Of a stretch of DNA of 64,000 nucleotides, positions 8,704 through 18,787 are shown piece by piece. Positions within the stretch are counted from its first letter, which is position 1. Every line of letters starts with the position of its first letter. Under the pieces are notes generated by a model. The model was not told the DNA's origin. It saw only the letters and a list, made by a program, of their open reading frames with translations, and made no database searches. The translations under genes were made by a program, and so were the position numbers. The stretch comes from Candidatus Omnitrophota bacterium (GTDB taxonomy: Bacteria; Omnitrophota; Gorgyraeia; 2-02-FULL-51-18). Where the stretch lies: positions 14,464 through 78,463 of the forward strand of contig CAMDWQ010000002.1 in assembly GCA_945877765.1 (NCBI GenBank). Direction: 5' to 3'.

Positions 8704-9522
8704 ATGAGTCTATCTAAACCCAAGAATACTCAAATCGTAATAATCTTCGTCGCAGTCCTTTTGGCTGGCTCAACCGTGTTTTTTTATCAAACTAGCGCAT
8801 CCGAGCGCCAAAATCGCATTCAAAAAGAGCAACAGCTGTCTCAAAAGCAAGTAGAATTGGATAACACAGAAGCACAGATTGCGGAACTCAACAAAGCCAT
8901 GGAAGATCTAAAAGAGACATCAAACAAGACCGTTGAAACTCTCCAGAGCAAAGAAGAGGCGCTAAAAGACTTTGAGGGGCAGTTGAGCAGAATGAAAAAA
9001 GAGGTTGAAAGCTTAAGCCGGGACAAAGAGCAGGCTGTTAACGACAGCTTTAAGAAAGACGAAGTAATTGCTGAGTTTACCGAACGCTTAGCTGTGCTTC
9101 AACGCGAGAAAAAGATCCTTTTGGGTAAACAAGAAGAGCTTACCAAGGAATTGAATGATCTCAAAAATCAAACGTGGCAAGGAAGCTCTTCGTCAGCTGC
9201 CGATGAGCCCTATTCGGTGGTTTCTAGCAATGATTCGGGAGAAGGAATTGATACCGTTAGCTTAGGTAAAATTGTTGTGTCTAAAAAAACGAGTAGCGCT
9301 GCGCGCGTTCAGCAGGTCAATCCGGTCTATGATTTTATTGTTATTGATGCGGGGAAGAATGAAGGAATGAAGGATGGTGCCATTGTCAATATTGTTCGGA
9401 ATAATACCTTGATTGGAAAAGCAGTCATTCGTCACACGCGCCCAGATGTATCTGCCGCAACACTTCTACCTGAATGGAAAAAATTGCCAGTTCAAAAGGG
9501 CGACCTAGTCACTAAGCTCTAA
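8704..9522 (+). CDS. Bitopic coiled-coil membrane protein (N-terminal TM anchor, long coiled coil, C-terminal beta-rich domain; GspM/PilO/GspC-like topology)
   Basis: N-terminal TM 'IVIIFVAVLLAGSTVFFY', heptad-rich Glu/Lys region, Ser-rich linker, and C-terminal 'DFIVIDAGKNEGMKDGAIVNIV...GKAVI' beta-barrel-like (SAF/FlgA-like) segment. Confidence 0.35.
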   Translation: MSLSKPKNTQIVIIFVAVLLAGSTVFFYQTSASERQNRIQKEQQLSQKQVELDNTEAQIAELNKAMEDLKETSNKTVETLQSKEEALKDFEGQLSRMKKEVESLSRDKEQAVNDSFKKDEVIAEFTERLAVLQREKKILLGKQEELTKELNDLKNQTWQGSSSSAADEPYSVVSSNDSGEGIDTVSLGKIVVSKKTSSAARVQQVNPVYDFIVIDAGKNEGMKDGAIVNIVRNNTLIGKAVIRHTRPDVSAATLLPEWKKLPVQKGDLVTKL

Positions 9523-9546
9523 ATCAAATCTATTTTTTAAAAAAAA

Positions 9547-10002
9547 TTAAGCGGTAAATTTATCAGCGTAGCGGGAAATCCACTTGCGCGCTGCTTCTTC
9601 CTCAGAAAGCTCATAGCCGAGTTCGCGAGAAATAGTTTTTTGGTATTCGATAATCTGCAGGACTTCTTCGGCAAGCTTTGCTTTGAAGGCATCGGGGGAA
9701 TTGATGAAGGCTACGCCCGTGCGGAATTGAGTGCTTTTTTTGTACCCTTTGCAATACGCCACGCGCGCGCGGACATCAAACAGTTTTTCCTTCACCGGGA
9801 TTGAGAGAGTTAAAAGAGAACCCTTAGAAAGCCTGCTAGGCCACACAAACGAGAGACCCCCCAGCGAAATATCTTTGGATTCTGAAATATAGACATCTTT
9901 CGCTTTTTCCAGCTTAAGCTGGATGGGAACGTTGACAGGATGACGGAAAAAACGGCGCTTTTCCCTGCGGAATAAGTTTAACATAGGTGTACTATACCAC
10001 AT
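9547..10002 (-). CDS. PilZ domain (c-di-GMP binding) protein
   Basis: 'RREKRRFFRHP' (RxxxR) and 'DISLGGLSF' (DxSxGG) motifs. 151 aa. Divergent from xth. Confidence 0.7.
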   Translation of the reverse strand: MWYSTPMLNLFRREKRRFFRHPVNVPIQLKLEKAKDVYISESKDISLGGLSFVWPSRLSKGSLLTLSIPVKEKLFDVRARVAYCKGYKKSTQFRTGVAFINSPDAFKAKLAEEVLQIIEYQKTISRELGYELSEEEAARKWISRYADKFTA

Positions 10003-10100
10003 GAGATGAGCTTCTTTTTAAAAAAGTTTTTATTCTTTGGGTATGCTCATTTGGATTTAAATTTGCTAATCGACGTCGTGTGCCCGGAGCCTGTTTTTCT

Positions 10101-10129
10101 TTGCGTTACAAGTCTTTTTTGCCTAGAAT
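10101..10129 (+). promoter_or_regulatory. Candidate sigma70 promoter for xth (TTGCGT-17-TAGAAT)
   Basis: -35 TTGCGT at 10101-10106, 17-nt spacer, -10 TAGAAT at 10124-10129, about 15 nt before ATG 10144. Confidence 0.35.
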
Positions 10130-10143
10130 GTGTGCTAGCCATC

Positions 10144-10911
10144 ATGGAAATTAAAATTGTTTCTTGGAATGTCAACGGTATCCGTTCGGCGATGCGGCAA
10201 GGCTTTTTAGATTTTGTCCAAAATGAAAAGCCGGATATTGTTTGTTTGCAGGAAATAAAAGCCGCAGCGGGAGGGATGAAGAATCCGCTCGAAGGTTATT
10301 TTGATTTCTGGAATCACGCACAGAGGCCCGGTTATGCCGGCACGGCGATTTTTAGCCGAATAAAACCGCTAGCCGTCAACAATGGGATCGGGGTTTCTAA
10401 ACACGACAGCGAAGGCAGGGTTTTAACGGCGGAATATAAAGATTTTTTTCTTGTCAATGTGTATGTGCCTAATTCCAAGCGTGATTTGAGTCGTTTGAAT
10501 TATCGTGCAAAAGAGTGGGATGTCGATTTTTTGAAATATCTCAAAACGCTCAGAAAGAAAAAGCCAGTCATTTTTTGCGGTGACTTGAACGTGGCTCACC
10601 ATGAAATTGATCTGACGAATCCCAAGAGCAATCAAAAAAACCACGGTTTTACACCCCAAGAGCGCGCTGGTTTTGATGCGTTTGTAAAGGCTGGCTTCAC
10701 TGATACTTTTCGCGAATTTGAAAAAGGGCCAGGCCATTATACGTGGTGGAGCCGTCTGAATAATTGCCGTAAGCGAAATATCGGCTGGCGTATTGATTAT
10801 TTTTGTATTTCTTCAGATTTAAAGAAATTTTTAAAAAAAGCCTGGATTTTAAACGAGGTTAACGGATCGGATCATTGTCCGGTTGGGATTGTGTTGAAAG
10901 GAGTTTTATGA
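10144..10911 (+). CDS. xth: Exodeoxyribonuclease III (AP endonuclease, Xth family)
   Basis: 'MEIKIVSWNVNGIRSA...CLQEIK...LNVAHHEIDL...GSDHCPV'. The upstream in-frame extension from 10006 has no family support. Confidence 0.85.
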   Translation: MEIKIVSWNVNGIRSAMRQGFLDFVQNEKPDIVCLQEIKAAAGGMKNPLEGYFDFWNHAQRPGYAGTAIFSRIKPLAVNNGIGVSKHDSEGRVLTAEYKDFFLVNVYVPNSKRDLSRLNYRAKEWDVDFLKYLKTLRKKKPVIFCGDLNVAHHEIDLTNPKSNQKNHGFTPQERAGFDAFVKAGFTDTFREFEKGPGHYTWWSRLNNCRKRNIGWRIDYFCISSDLKKFLKKAWILNEVNGSDHCPVGIVLKGVL

Positions 10912-11288
10912 ACTTTAAAAAAATTCAAAAAGAGCAGGATGTATGGTCTCGCAAAAATTTTGGCAACAAAAAAGTTTACCAACCCATTCTTGGCGCGGCG
11001 GAAGAAGTGGGTGAGTTGGCTCATGCGTACTTAAAGATGGAGCAGGGGATACGGGGGACTCGCCAGGAGCATGAGGCTAAGATGAAGGATGCTGTTGGGG
11101 ATACTTGCGTTTTCTTGATGGACTTATGTAATCAGATGGGGTGGCAGTTGGATGAGATTATTGAAAGCACCTGGAACGAGGTAAAAAAGAGAAATTGGAA
11201 AAAAGATACACTTCAAGACACGGAAAAAATAAATCAATACAAATCTAAAACTGCCCGTCGAAAGCCCGGAAAACGGCGGCTTGGATGA
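10908..11288 (+). CDS. MazG-like nucleotide pyrophosphohydrolase domain protein
   Basis: 'LGAAEEVGELAHAY' and 'DAVGDTCVFLMDLCNQMGW' EExxE/DxxD-type motifs. ATGA overlap with the xth stop. Confidence 0.55.
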   Translation: MNFKKIQKEQDVWSRKNFGNKKVYQPILGAAEEVGELAHAYLKMEQGIRGTRQEHEAKMKDAVGDTCVFLMDLCNQMGWQLDEIIESTWNEVKKRNWKKDTLQDTEKINQYKSKTARRKPGKRRLG

Positions 11289-11383
11289 TTCTTCACCAGT
11301 TTATAGCCAAGCGCCCCCTTGTTTCGGGTTTGCAAACGGCGATGATTGGCGCAGCCGCGGCCTCTGCGGTCTATTTCATCGCG

Positions 11384-11412
11384 GGATTTTTCAGTTAGAG
11401 TTGTGGTATAAT
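11384..11412 (+). promoter_or_regulatory. Candidate promoter with extended -10 (TGgTATAAT) upstream of yebC
   Basis: 'tggtataat' at 11404-11412 with a weak -35. About 35 nt upstream of ATG 11448. Confidence 0.35.
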
Positions 11413-11447
11413 TTCCAAAAACAGGAATCACTTTCGAGGGAGATATT

Positions 11448-12200
11448 ATGTCTGGTCACTCAAAATGGGCAACAATTAAGCACAAAAAAGGCGCATTGGA
11501 TGCTAAGCGAGGCGCTCTTTTTACCAAATTAATTAAAGAAATAACGACCGCGGCACGCACGGGCGGCGGAAGCATGGACACGAACCCTCGGCTTCGCCTG
11601 GCGATTGAAAAAGGCAAGGCAGCTAACATGCCTAGCGATAATATTGACCGAGCGGTTAAAAAAGGAACCGGCGAGCTTCCCGGCGTAACGTATGAAGAGT
11701 TGATGTATGAGGGTTACGGCCCTAATGGAATTGCAATTTTGATTGAAATTCTCACCGATAATAAAAACCGCGCGGCGTCCGAAATCCGAAACATTCTTGA
11801 AAAAAAGGGCGGGAGTCTTTCAGGCTCCGGATCGGTAGCGTGGCAGTTTGCCAAAAAAGGGCTGATTGTTGTCAAAAAAGAAGCGGCGGATGAAGACAAA
11901 ATGATGGGTATCGCTTTGGAAGCCGGAGCTTCTGATTTTAGTGCGGAAAAAGAAATTTATGAAATTACGACAGAGCCTCATGATTTTGAAAAAGTAAAAA
12001 AAGCTATCGCGGATGCCGGAATCACGCCGGAAAGCGCCGAAGTGACTCGTATTCCTTCCGCCACTGTTAAAGTGGCTGGAATTAATGAGGCTAGGTCTAT
12101 CATGATCCTAATGGATGCACTTGAAGACCACGAGGATACGCAGAATGTATACGCCAACTTTGATATTTCTGATGAAATTTTGCATGAATTGGCGAAGTGA
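11448..12200 (+). CDS. yebC: YebC/PmpR family DNA-binding transcriptional regulator
   Basis: 'MSGHSKWATIKHKKGALDAKRG' hallmark N-terminus. 250 aa. Confidence 0.9.
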   Translation: MSGHSKWATIKHKKGALDAKRGALFTKLIKEITTAARTGGGSMDTNPRLRLAIEKGKAANMPSDNIDRAVKKGTGELPGVTYEELMYEGYGPNGIAILIEILTDNKNRAASEIRNILEKKGGSLSGSGSVAWQFAKKGLIVVKKEAADEDKMMGIALEAGASDFSAEKEIYEITTEPHDFEKVKKAIADAGITPESAEVTRIPSATVKVAGINEARSIMILMDALEDHEDTQNVYANFDISDEILHELAK

Positions 12201-12206
12201 TTTCGC

Positions 12207-12707
12207 TTGAAGGTTCTCGGGGTTGATCCGGGCCTAAGAATCACCGGCTACGGAGTGGTGCTGGTGCCGGATGGTTGGAAAGGCGACTGTTCGCAGGCGC
12301 AAATACTTGAAGCGGGGATCGTCAACGCTAAAACTCGCGAGGGAATTTCGGAGCGGCTTCGCAAGATCTACCAGTCGCTCTCGGAAGTGATCGAAGAATT
12401 TAAGCCTGATGTGCTGGTGATCGAAAAGTTGTATGCGCATTATAGCCACCCCGCTACGGCGATCTTGATGGGGCATGCGCGAGGCGTTGTTTGCCTTTTG
12501 AGCGGGGTGTATGGAGTGCCGCTGGTCAGCCTCGCTTCCACGCATGTCAAAAAATCAGTGACGGGTAAAGGCCATGCAGGAAAAAATCAGGTTCAGCGCA
12601 TGATTCAGCACGAGTTTTCTCTAAAAAAGCTACCCGAACCTCCCGATGTGGCAGATGCGCTGGCGGTGGCGTTGGCCTACCTAGCCTCCGTAAAGAAAAA
12701 AAGGTGA
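12207..12707 (+). CDS. ruvC: Holliday junction resolvase RuvC
   Basis: TTG start. 'KVLGVDPGLRITGYGVV' RNase H-like fold motif. Confidence 0.88.
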   Translation: MKVLGVDPGLRITGYGVVLVPDGWKGDCSQAQILEAGIVNAKTREGISERLRKIYQSLSEVIEEFKPDVLVIEKLYAHYSHPATAILMGHARGVVCLLSGVYGVPLVSLASTHVKKSVTGKGHAGKNQVQRMIQHEFSLKKLPEPPDVADALAVALAYLASVKKKR

Positions 12708-12711
12708 ACCG

Positions 12712-13350
12712 ATGATCGCGCAAATTTCAGGAAATATTGAAAGTCTTTGTGATAATACGCTGACCCTCGCCGTTGGAGGCATTTCCTATGAAGTTTACAT
12801 TCCCACAGCGGTAATCAAAAATTTTGAAGGGCGCCTTGAAAAAGATTCCAAGATTTCCCTGTTTACCTACCATTACTATCAGACTGATCCTTCGCGAAGC
12901 ATTCCCATTTTGATTGGATTTGCCAATCGCATAGAAAAAGATTTTTTTGAAAAATTTATCACGGTTTCCGGTGTGGGGCCCAAGGCGGCGGTTCGGGCGC
13001 TTTCACAACCCATGCCTGATATTGCCGCGGCCATTGATGAGGGAGATCTTAAGTACCTGAAAGCGCTCCCGGGAATCGGTGAACAGCGCGCCAAAGAAAT
13101 CATTGCCAAGCTACAGGGGAAGATGGGTCGGTTTGGCCTCATGAAAATTACCGCCGGGGCAGGATCTTCAAGGCCTGTGACTTCTAAAGCGTCGGACCTT
13201 GAAAATGAGGCGATGGAAGTGCTTTTGCAATTGGAGTACAAAAAAGACGAGGCTAAAGAGATGCTGCGAAAGGCCTTTTCGCGCAAACCCTCGGTTTCTA
13301 CTATCGAAGAATTGCTTAACGAAGTTTACCGGCAGAAAAAAGAGCTGTGA
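12712..13350 (+). CDS. ruvA: Holliday junction DNA helicase RuvA
   Basis: OB-fold N-domain, tandem HhH 'ISGVGPKAA...[12 protein letters not shown]', and C-terminal RuvB-binding domain. Confidence 0.85.
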   Translation: MIAQISGNIESLCDNTLTLAVGGISYEVYIPTAVIKNFEGRLEKDSKISLFTYHYYQTDPSRSIPILIGFANRIEKDFFEKFITVSGVGPKAAVRALSQPMPDIAAAIDEGDLKYLKALPGIGEQRAKEIIAKLQGKMGRFGLMKITAGAGSSRPVTSKASDLENEAMEVLLQLEYKKDEAKEMLRKAFSRKPSVSTIEELLNEVYRQKKEL

Positions 13351-14420
13351 AAAAAAAAGAGAGCGGTCGCGAGAAAGTTGATTTTGAGAGGACCAAGCGG
13401 CAGGATTTGGTCGACTCGCAAGCCATTGATGACTCTGATGGAGTGGTAGAGATATCGCTTCGCCCCTCCAAAATTGATGAGTTTATCGGCCAGGATCATC
13501 TCAAAGAAAATCTTAAAATTGCTCTCCAGGCGGCTCAAAAAAGAAAAGAACCGCTGGAGCACGTGCTTTTATCCGGGCCTCCGGGGCTAGGCAAGACAAC
13601 ATTGGCGCATATATTGGCGCATGAGATGGGCGCTAAGATCATGGCGACCAGCGGACCGGCGATTGAGCGAGCGGGCGATTTGATTGGCATTTTGACCAAT
13701 CTCGACGACGGCGATATTCTTTTCATCGATGAAATTCACCGCCTTTCCAAAGTGGTTGAAGAATTTGTATATCCGGCGATGGAAGATTACAAAATTGATT
13801 TTGTCGTCGACAAGGGGCCCTACGCTAAGACGATTAAATTTTCGCTGAAACGTTTTACATTGATAGGCGCAACGACGCGGCAGGGGCTTTTGAGTTCGCC
13901 CTTAAGAGACCGTTTTGGATTTTTATTCCACCTTGATTTTTATGAGCCTGAGGATTTGACCCGCATCATTGAGCGGTCGGCTAGCATTCTTTCGATTTCC
14001 ATCGATAAGGATGCAGCGCTTGAGCTGGCTCGCCGCTCACGGGGTACTCCGCGTATCGCCAATAAACTTTTACGGCGCGTCAGGGATTACGTGCAAGTAA
14101 AAGCCCACGACAAGATTACTTTGCAGACTGTGGAACAAGCGCTGCAGAGTCATGGGGTGGATAAAGGTGGGCTGGATGCGCTGGACCGCAAGGTTTTAAA
14201 AGTTTTGATCGAGAATTATGACGGAGGGCCGGTAGGTGTGGATTCGCTGGCCGCGACTCTAAACGAAGAGGTGGATACGCTAGTGGATGTGGTCGAGCCT
14301 TTTTTGCTTAAGATTGGTTTTTTAAAGAGGACTTCCCGTGGCCGCGAAGCTACACCGGCTGCTTTTGCTCACCTTAATTCCCAAAAAAAAGCTTCCCCAA
14401 AAAATAAAGATCTTTTTTGA
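13347..14420 (+). CDS. ruvB: Holliday junction DNA helicase RuvB
   Basis: GTG start overlapping the ruvA stop. AAA+ Walker A '[13 protein letters not shown]', Walker B '[10 protein letters not shown]'. Confidence 0.93.
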   Translation: MKKKESGREKVDFERTKRQDLVDSQAIDDSDGVVEISLRPSKIDEFIGQDHLKENLKIALQAAQKRKEPLEHVLLSGPPGLGKTTLAHILAHEMGAKIMATSGPAIERAGDLIGILTNLDDGDILFIDEIHRLSKVVEEFVYPAMEDYKIDFVVDKGPYAKTIKFSLKRFTLIGATTRQGLLSSPLRDRFGFLFHLDFYEPEDLTRIIERSASILSISIDKDAALELARRSRGTPRIANKLLRRVRDYVQVKAHDKITLQTVEQALQSHGVDKGGLDALDRKVLKVLIENYDGGPVGVDSLAATLNEEVDTLVDVVEPFLLKIGFLKRTSRGREATPAAFAHLNSQKKASPKNKDLF

Positions 14421-15577
14421 TGCGTATTAAAATAATGAGCCGATTATTTGTCGCGCTGTTTTTTTTGCAATTTATTTTTCTTCCGCCGCTTCAGGCGGAT
14501 ACCCAAATCCGTGTGCTGGTCGCTGAAAACCAAAAGATGCTGAAAGTGAATATCCGGGGGGAATACCAGATCAGGGTATTGCCGACGATGCAATTGGTAA
14601 AAAAAGGCAAGGGCCTGTCCGATGCTTGGCTTGTGCCGACAGCCGCTGGCGTGCGGATAGGCCACGAAGAATGGGCTTGCCGCGGCCTGCTGATTCAGCC
14701 GGCAGAAGACCGTGATTTGGTCATAGGCCGCTCAGGTTTTCGGGGTGCTATTTCTATCCTCAAAGATAAAAATAATTTATTTTACGCCATTAATTCTTTG
14801 GATATCGAACGATATCTTTATGGCGTGCTTCATCATGAAGTGGCGGCCTGGTGGCCGATGGAGGCGCTTAAGGCTCAGGCAGTTGCCGCGCGCAGTTATG
14901 CATTGTATCAAGCTGCGGTGAGTCAGCGCGCCGAATATGATGTTAAAAGCAATACCAGCTCTCAGGTTTATGGCGGCAGCACCACAGAGCGCTACCGCAC
15001 CAAACGCGCAGTGAATTTGACGGCCGGCGAGGTGCTTTCTTATCAGGGAAAAGCTTTCCCAGCTTATTTCCATGCCGCGTGCGCGGGTTTGACAGCCGCT
15101 TCCTCGGAGCTTTGGAACATTAGCCTGCCTCCTTTAGCCGGTGGAGTTAAGTGCAGCTATTGCCGCATCTCGCCGCATTACAATTGGGAGTCGCGCGTGC
15201 CGCTGGCTGAAATTGAGGAAAAGTTGAAAAAATATGGCCGTCCTGTTGGGCGAACCCTAAGAATCGAAATCATCTCCCAGACACCCTCTCGCCGAGTCGG
15301 AAGGCTTCGTATTATTGGTACCGCCGGAGAGATTGTTGTCGCCGCCAAGGATTTTCGGGTTTGGATTGGAGGTGACAAGATACGCAGCACTTCGTTTTCC
15401 ATTGAAGTGCGTGAAGATGCGATTTATTTTCACGGCAAGGGGTGGGGACACGGCGTGGGGCTTTGCCAGTGGGGCCTTTTGGGGCAGGCGCTCTTAGGAA
15501 AGACCTATCGCAGCCTGCTGGAGTTTTATTACCCCGGATCGCAAATTGCTCTCAATGCGGCGACAAAAACTTCATGA
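14417..15577 (+). CDS. SpoIID/LytB domain protein (peptidoglycan lytic transglycosylase/amidase enhancer family)
   Basis: Signal peptide, then '[31 protein letters not shown]'. Start is TTG 14417 or ATG 14420. Confidence 0.72.
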   Translation: MMRIKIMSRLFVALFFLQFIFLPPLQADTQIRVLVAENQKMLKVNIRGEYQIRVLPTMQLVKKGKGLSDAWLVPTAAGVRIGHEEWACRGLLIQPAEDRDLVIGRSGFRGAISILKDKNNLFYAINSLDIERYLYGVLHHEVAAWWPMEALKAQAVAARSYALYQAAVSQRAEYDVKSNTSSQVYGGSTTERYRTKRAVNLTAGEVLSYQGKAFPAYFHAACAGLTAASSELWNISLPPLAGGVKCSYCRISPHYNWESRVPLAEIEEKLKKYGRPVGRTLRIEIISQTPSRRVGRLRIIGTAGEIVVAAKDFRVWIGGDKIRSTSFSIEVREDAIYFHGKGWGHGVGLCQWGLLGQALLGKTYRSLLEFYYPGSQIALNAATKTS

Positions 15578-16650
15578 GTACCGATTTTTTTAATTACGAA
15601 TTACCGGCCGAGCTTATTGCTCAAGAACCCTCGTTGACAAGAGACGCCTCGCGACTACTGGTGATTGATCGTAAGACAGGATCCCTCGTGGACCGCCAGT
15701 TTTCCGACATCGAGGAATATTTGGCGCCAGGGGATATTTTGGCGCTTAATGACACCAAAGTGTTTCCTGCTCGCATCCTAGGAAAAAAGGAAAAAACGGG
15801 CGGTAAAGTGGATTTGCTTCTTTTGTCGCCGTACGAAAAAGCGCTTTCCAAGGCCGATGAATCGATGTCGGCAGGCGCAGCGGAAGAATGGAAATCCAAG
15901 ATTCTATGGAAATGCCTGGTCCAACCCTCCCTGAGGGAAGACCAAGAGATAATATTCGAAAATGAGGCGGCGCGAGCGGTATTTCTAAAGAGGGATTTGG
16001 ACGGCGTGCCAATTGTGGAATTTAAAAATATACGGGATCCTCGAGAGCTGTCACGCCGGATCGGGCACATGCCGTTACCGCCCTACATTCGCCGTGAAGA
16101 TGCGCCCCCGGATACCCAGCGCTACCAGACAGTCTACGCCAAGAATGAGGGCGCTGTTGCCGCGCCTACGGCTGGCCTTCATTTTACAGAGGCACTTCTT
16201 GAAAAAATAAGGCACAAAGGTGTCCAAACAGAGATGCTGACGCTTCATGTTGGTTATGGGACATTTAAACCAGTGGAGAATCTTGAAACTCACCGCATGC
16301 ATACCGAAGTTTTTGAGCTGGGGTTGGATGCGGCGGAAAGAATCAACAAGGCAAAGTTGGAAAAAAGACAAATTTTTGCGGTGGGCACAACCACGGTGCG
16401 CGTGCTTGAGACGTGTGTCCAGAATAATCGATTGATAGCTGGCCGGGGAGAAACAGATATTTTTATTCGTGAGCCGTTTGAGTTTGAAGCCGTGGATAGC
16501 CTTGTGACTAATTTTCATTTACCGAAAACCACACTGCTTCTTTTGGTTGGGGCGTTCATGGGAGAAAAACTCTTAAAAAAGGCTTACGAGCACGCCATTC
16601 AAGAGCGATACCGGTTTTATTCGTATGGCGACGCCATGCTGATTTTATAG
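15574..16650 (+). CDS. queA: S-adenosylmethionine:tRNA ribosyltransferase-isomerase QueA
   Basis: '[19 protein letters not shown]' N-terminus and 'TAGLHFT' motif. ATGA overlap with the spoIID stop. The longer ORF from 15442 lacks support. Confidence 0.9.
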   Translation: MSTDFFNYELPAELIAQEPSLTRDASRLLVIDRKTGSLVDRQFSDIEEYLAPGDILALNDTKVFPARILGKKEKTGGKVDLLLLSPYEKALSKADESMSAGAAEEWKSKILWKCLVQPSLREDQEIIFENEAARAVFLKRDLDGVPIVEFKNIRDPRELSRRIGHMPLPPYIRREDAPPDTQRYQTVYAKNEGAVAAPTAGLHFTEALLEKIRHKGVQTEMLTLHVGYGTFKPVENLETHRMHTEVFELGLDAAERINKAKLEKRQIFAVGTTTVRVLETCVQNNRLIAGRGETDIFIREPFEFEAVDSLVTNFHLPKTTLLLLVGAFMGEKLLKKAYEHAIQERYRFYSYGDAMLIL

Positions 16651-16679
16651 CGGCTGATGAGATTTCAGGGTTATTTCCT

Positions 16680-17555
16680 ATGAAAAAAGAAAAGCTGCCT
16701 CCATTTTCCGCTGAAATTATTTTACGGCCTCGGTCTGCGTGGCTTTCTTTTGATTGGAACGAATTTTTTCAGTACCAGGATCTTTTGTGGCTCCTGGTGC
16801 GACGGGACATCGTCGCCCGCTACAAGCAAACTTTTTTCGGCAGAAGCTGGTTTGTTTTGCAGCCGTTACTGATGACCATCGTTTTTACGGTTGTTTTTGG
16901 AGGCGGGGTGGGTATCTCCACCGACGGCGCGCCGCGTATTCTTTTTTATCTCTGCGGGCTGCTTCCGTGGATTTATTTTTCAGAAAGCCTTCTTTCGGCC
17001 TCCTCAGCGCTTTTATCCAACGCGGACATGTTTCGTAAAATTTATTTTCCTCGATTGATTGTACCTATTGCCACGGTGCTATCGAGGCTTTTTGGTTTCG
17101 CCGTTCATTTCGGCATATTGATCGCTGTTTATGCCTATTACAAATTTTTTACCGTTTCCGGACAGAGCCTTTTTTTTGGCCGTTTCTGGTGGCTGCTTCC
17201 TTTGGCTTTTTGCCAGACGCTGGTCTTAAGCCTGGCAATGGGTTTGTGGGTCTCTGCGCTTTCGGTCAAGCGCCGTGATCTCCAGCATGCGGCGCCATTT
17301 TTGATTCAGATATGGATGTATGTTTCGCCGGTGATTTACCCGGTTTCGCTCGTTTCCGCTCAATGGCATGCGGCGTACCGCTTGAACCCAATGACCTGGG
17401 TTATTGAATTGTACCGGCACGCCTTCCTAGGAACGCCGTCCTTGGTAATTAATGCCGGCTGGATAGTAACCTCGTTGTTGATAAGTTTTTTTCTTTTGAT
17501 AGGCGGTTTTGCGGCGTTTAACGGCATTCAGCGGACGCTGGTCGACGCTCTCTAG
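16680..17555 (+). CDS. ABC-2 type polysaccharide export permease (Wzm/KpsM/TagG family)
   Basis: Six predicted TM segments and 'RDIVARYKQTFFGRSWFVLQPLLM' ABC-2 signature. 291 aa. Confidence 0.75.
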   Translation: MKKEKLPPFSAEIILRPRSAWLSFDWNEFFQYQDLLWLLVRRDIVARYKQTFFGRSWFVLQPLLMTIVFTVVFGGGVGISTDGAPRILFYLCGLLPWIYFSESLLSASSALLSNADMFRKIYFPRLIVPIATVLSRLFGFAVHFGILIAVYAYYKFFTVSGQSLFFGRFWWLLPLAFCQTLVLSLAMGLWVSALSVKRRDLQHAAPFLIQIWMYVSPVIYPVSLVSAQWHAAYRLNPMTWVIELYRHAFLGTPSLVINAGWIVTSLLISFFLLIGGFAAFNGIQRTLVDAL

Positions 17556-17560
17556 CGCGC

Positions 17561-18724
17561 ATGAGCCTGCCAGCCCTTGAGACGCAAGCACTTTCCAAAT
17601 CATATTCCATCCTGTCGGGTGGAAAATCCGAAACTCTGTGGGCGATCAAAGACCTAACACTTTCAATCCAAAATGGCGAGGTTGTGGGAATTATCGGGCG
17701 TAATGGTGCGGGCAAATCAACGCTGTTGAAAATCCTTTCCCGAATCACCGACCCCACCTCAGGCCATGCGATTTTGCGCGGAAGAGTTTCTTCTCTTCTA
17801 GAGGTTGGTACAGGTTTTCATCCGGAGCTTAGCGGCACCGACAATGTCTATGTTAACGGCGCGATTCTGGGAATGAAGCGTGCGGAAATAAGCGCAAAAT
17901 TTAAAGCCATTTCTGAATTTGCCGAAATTGAGAAGTTTATGGACATGCCCATTAAGTTTTATTCCAGCGGCATGCTGCTGCGCCTGGCTTTTGCTGTTGC
18001 CGCCCACTTGGAACCGGAGGTTCTAATTGTGGATGAGATTCTTGCCGTGGGTGATATTGGTTTCCAAAAAAAATGTATTGAAAAAACACACGACCTAACT
18101 CAGAGCGGGCGGACGGTGGTGCTGGTCTCGCACCAGATGAACCAGATTCGAAAACTATGCACCCGTTGTTTTTGGCTGGAGGAGGGCCGTCTAAAACAAG
18201 AAGGGCCGGTAGCGGAGGTGACAAGCGCCTACGAAGAAACGGCGGTATCAGGCGCTATTTTTCGTGATGCCCAGACGCATCCGTCCGCTGTGCGCGGAAA
18301 GGCAAAATTCAGCGGATGGGAAATCAGCGAACCGGCCCCGGACCCCAAGAGAAGTTTTGCGGTGAAAGCCGAACAGCCGTTTTCGGCGGCGTTTACGGCA
18401 GAGATTTCGACCGAATTGTTCAACGTGATTCAGGGCTGCGCTCTTTACGATTCTCAAGGACAACTTCTTTGGGGCGGCGGCGCCCAGCATCTGCGATTGA
18501 CGCCCGGGCGTAAAAAATTTATTTACCGGATGCCGGCGCTTCCTTTGACGCCGGGGAACTATTATTGGCATGTCAGTCTTTACGAGGGAGAAGAAATGCT
18601 CGACAATTGGTACGCAAAGCCCGCGATGAACGTGGAGGCTTTGCCCTTGAATCATCCGATGGATGTCTGGCGTGGGATTTTAAATTTTCCTTATAATTTT
18701 AAGGTGACCGATGAGACCTCGTGA
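17561..18724 (+). CDS. Polysaccharide ABC transporter ATP-binding protein with C-terminal glycan-binding extension (Wzt-like)
   Basis: Walker A 'GRNGAGKSTLLKIL', ABC signature 'YSSGMLLRLAF', Walker B 'VLIVDEILAVGD'. About 150-aa C-terminal extension typical of Wzt. Confidence 0.8.
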   Translation: MSLPALETQALSKSYSILSGGKSETLWAIKDLTLSIQNGEVVGIIGRNGAGKSTLLKILSRITDPTSGHAILRGRVSSLLEVGTGFHPELSGTDNVYVNGAILGMKRAEISAKFKAISEFAEIEKFMDMPIKFYSSGMLLRLAFAVAAHLEPEVLIVDEILAVGDIGFQKKCIEKTHDLTQSGRTVVLVSHQMNQIRKLCTRCFWLEEGRLKQEGPVAEVTSAYEETAVSGAIFRDAQTHPSAVRGKAKFSGWEISEPAPDPKRSFAVKAEQPFSAAFTAEISTELFNVIQGCALYDSQGQLLWGGGAQHLRLTPGRKKFIYRMPALPLTPGNYYWHVSLYEGEEMLDNWYAKPAMNVEALPLNHPMDVWRGILNFPYNFKVTDETS

Positions 18725-18787
18725 ATGGATCGATCTACTTGTTCTTCGGGTAAATAATTTCATTCGTCTTAAAAGCGACGGTTTCCA

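Noticed and set aside
9523-9546. AT-only palindrome 'tattttttaaaaaaaatta' between the 8704 gene and pilZ as a bidirectional terminator
   Set aside because: The stem would be pure A/T with no GC clamp, too weak to call a terminator confidently.
10006-10143. N-terminal extension of xth from the upstream ATG (MSFFLKKFLFF...)
   Set aside because: The Xth family starts at 'M-x-I-x-SWNVNG'. The extension is hydrophobic and unsupported, and it contains the candidate promoter TTGCGT-17-TAGAAT.
15442-15573. Long queA ORF beginning at 15442 and argG ORF beginning at 55492
   Set aside because: Both extensions overlap the preceding gene or repeat copies in another frame. Conserved N-termini (MSTDFF..., MKKIVLAYSGGLD...) begin at the internal ATGs.
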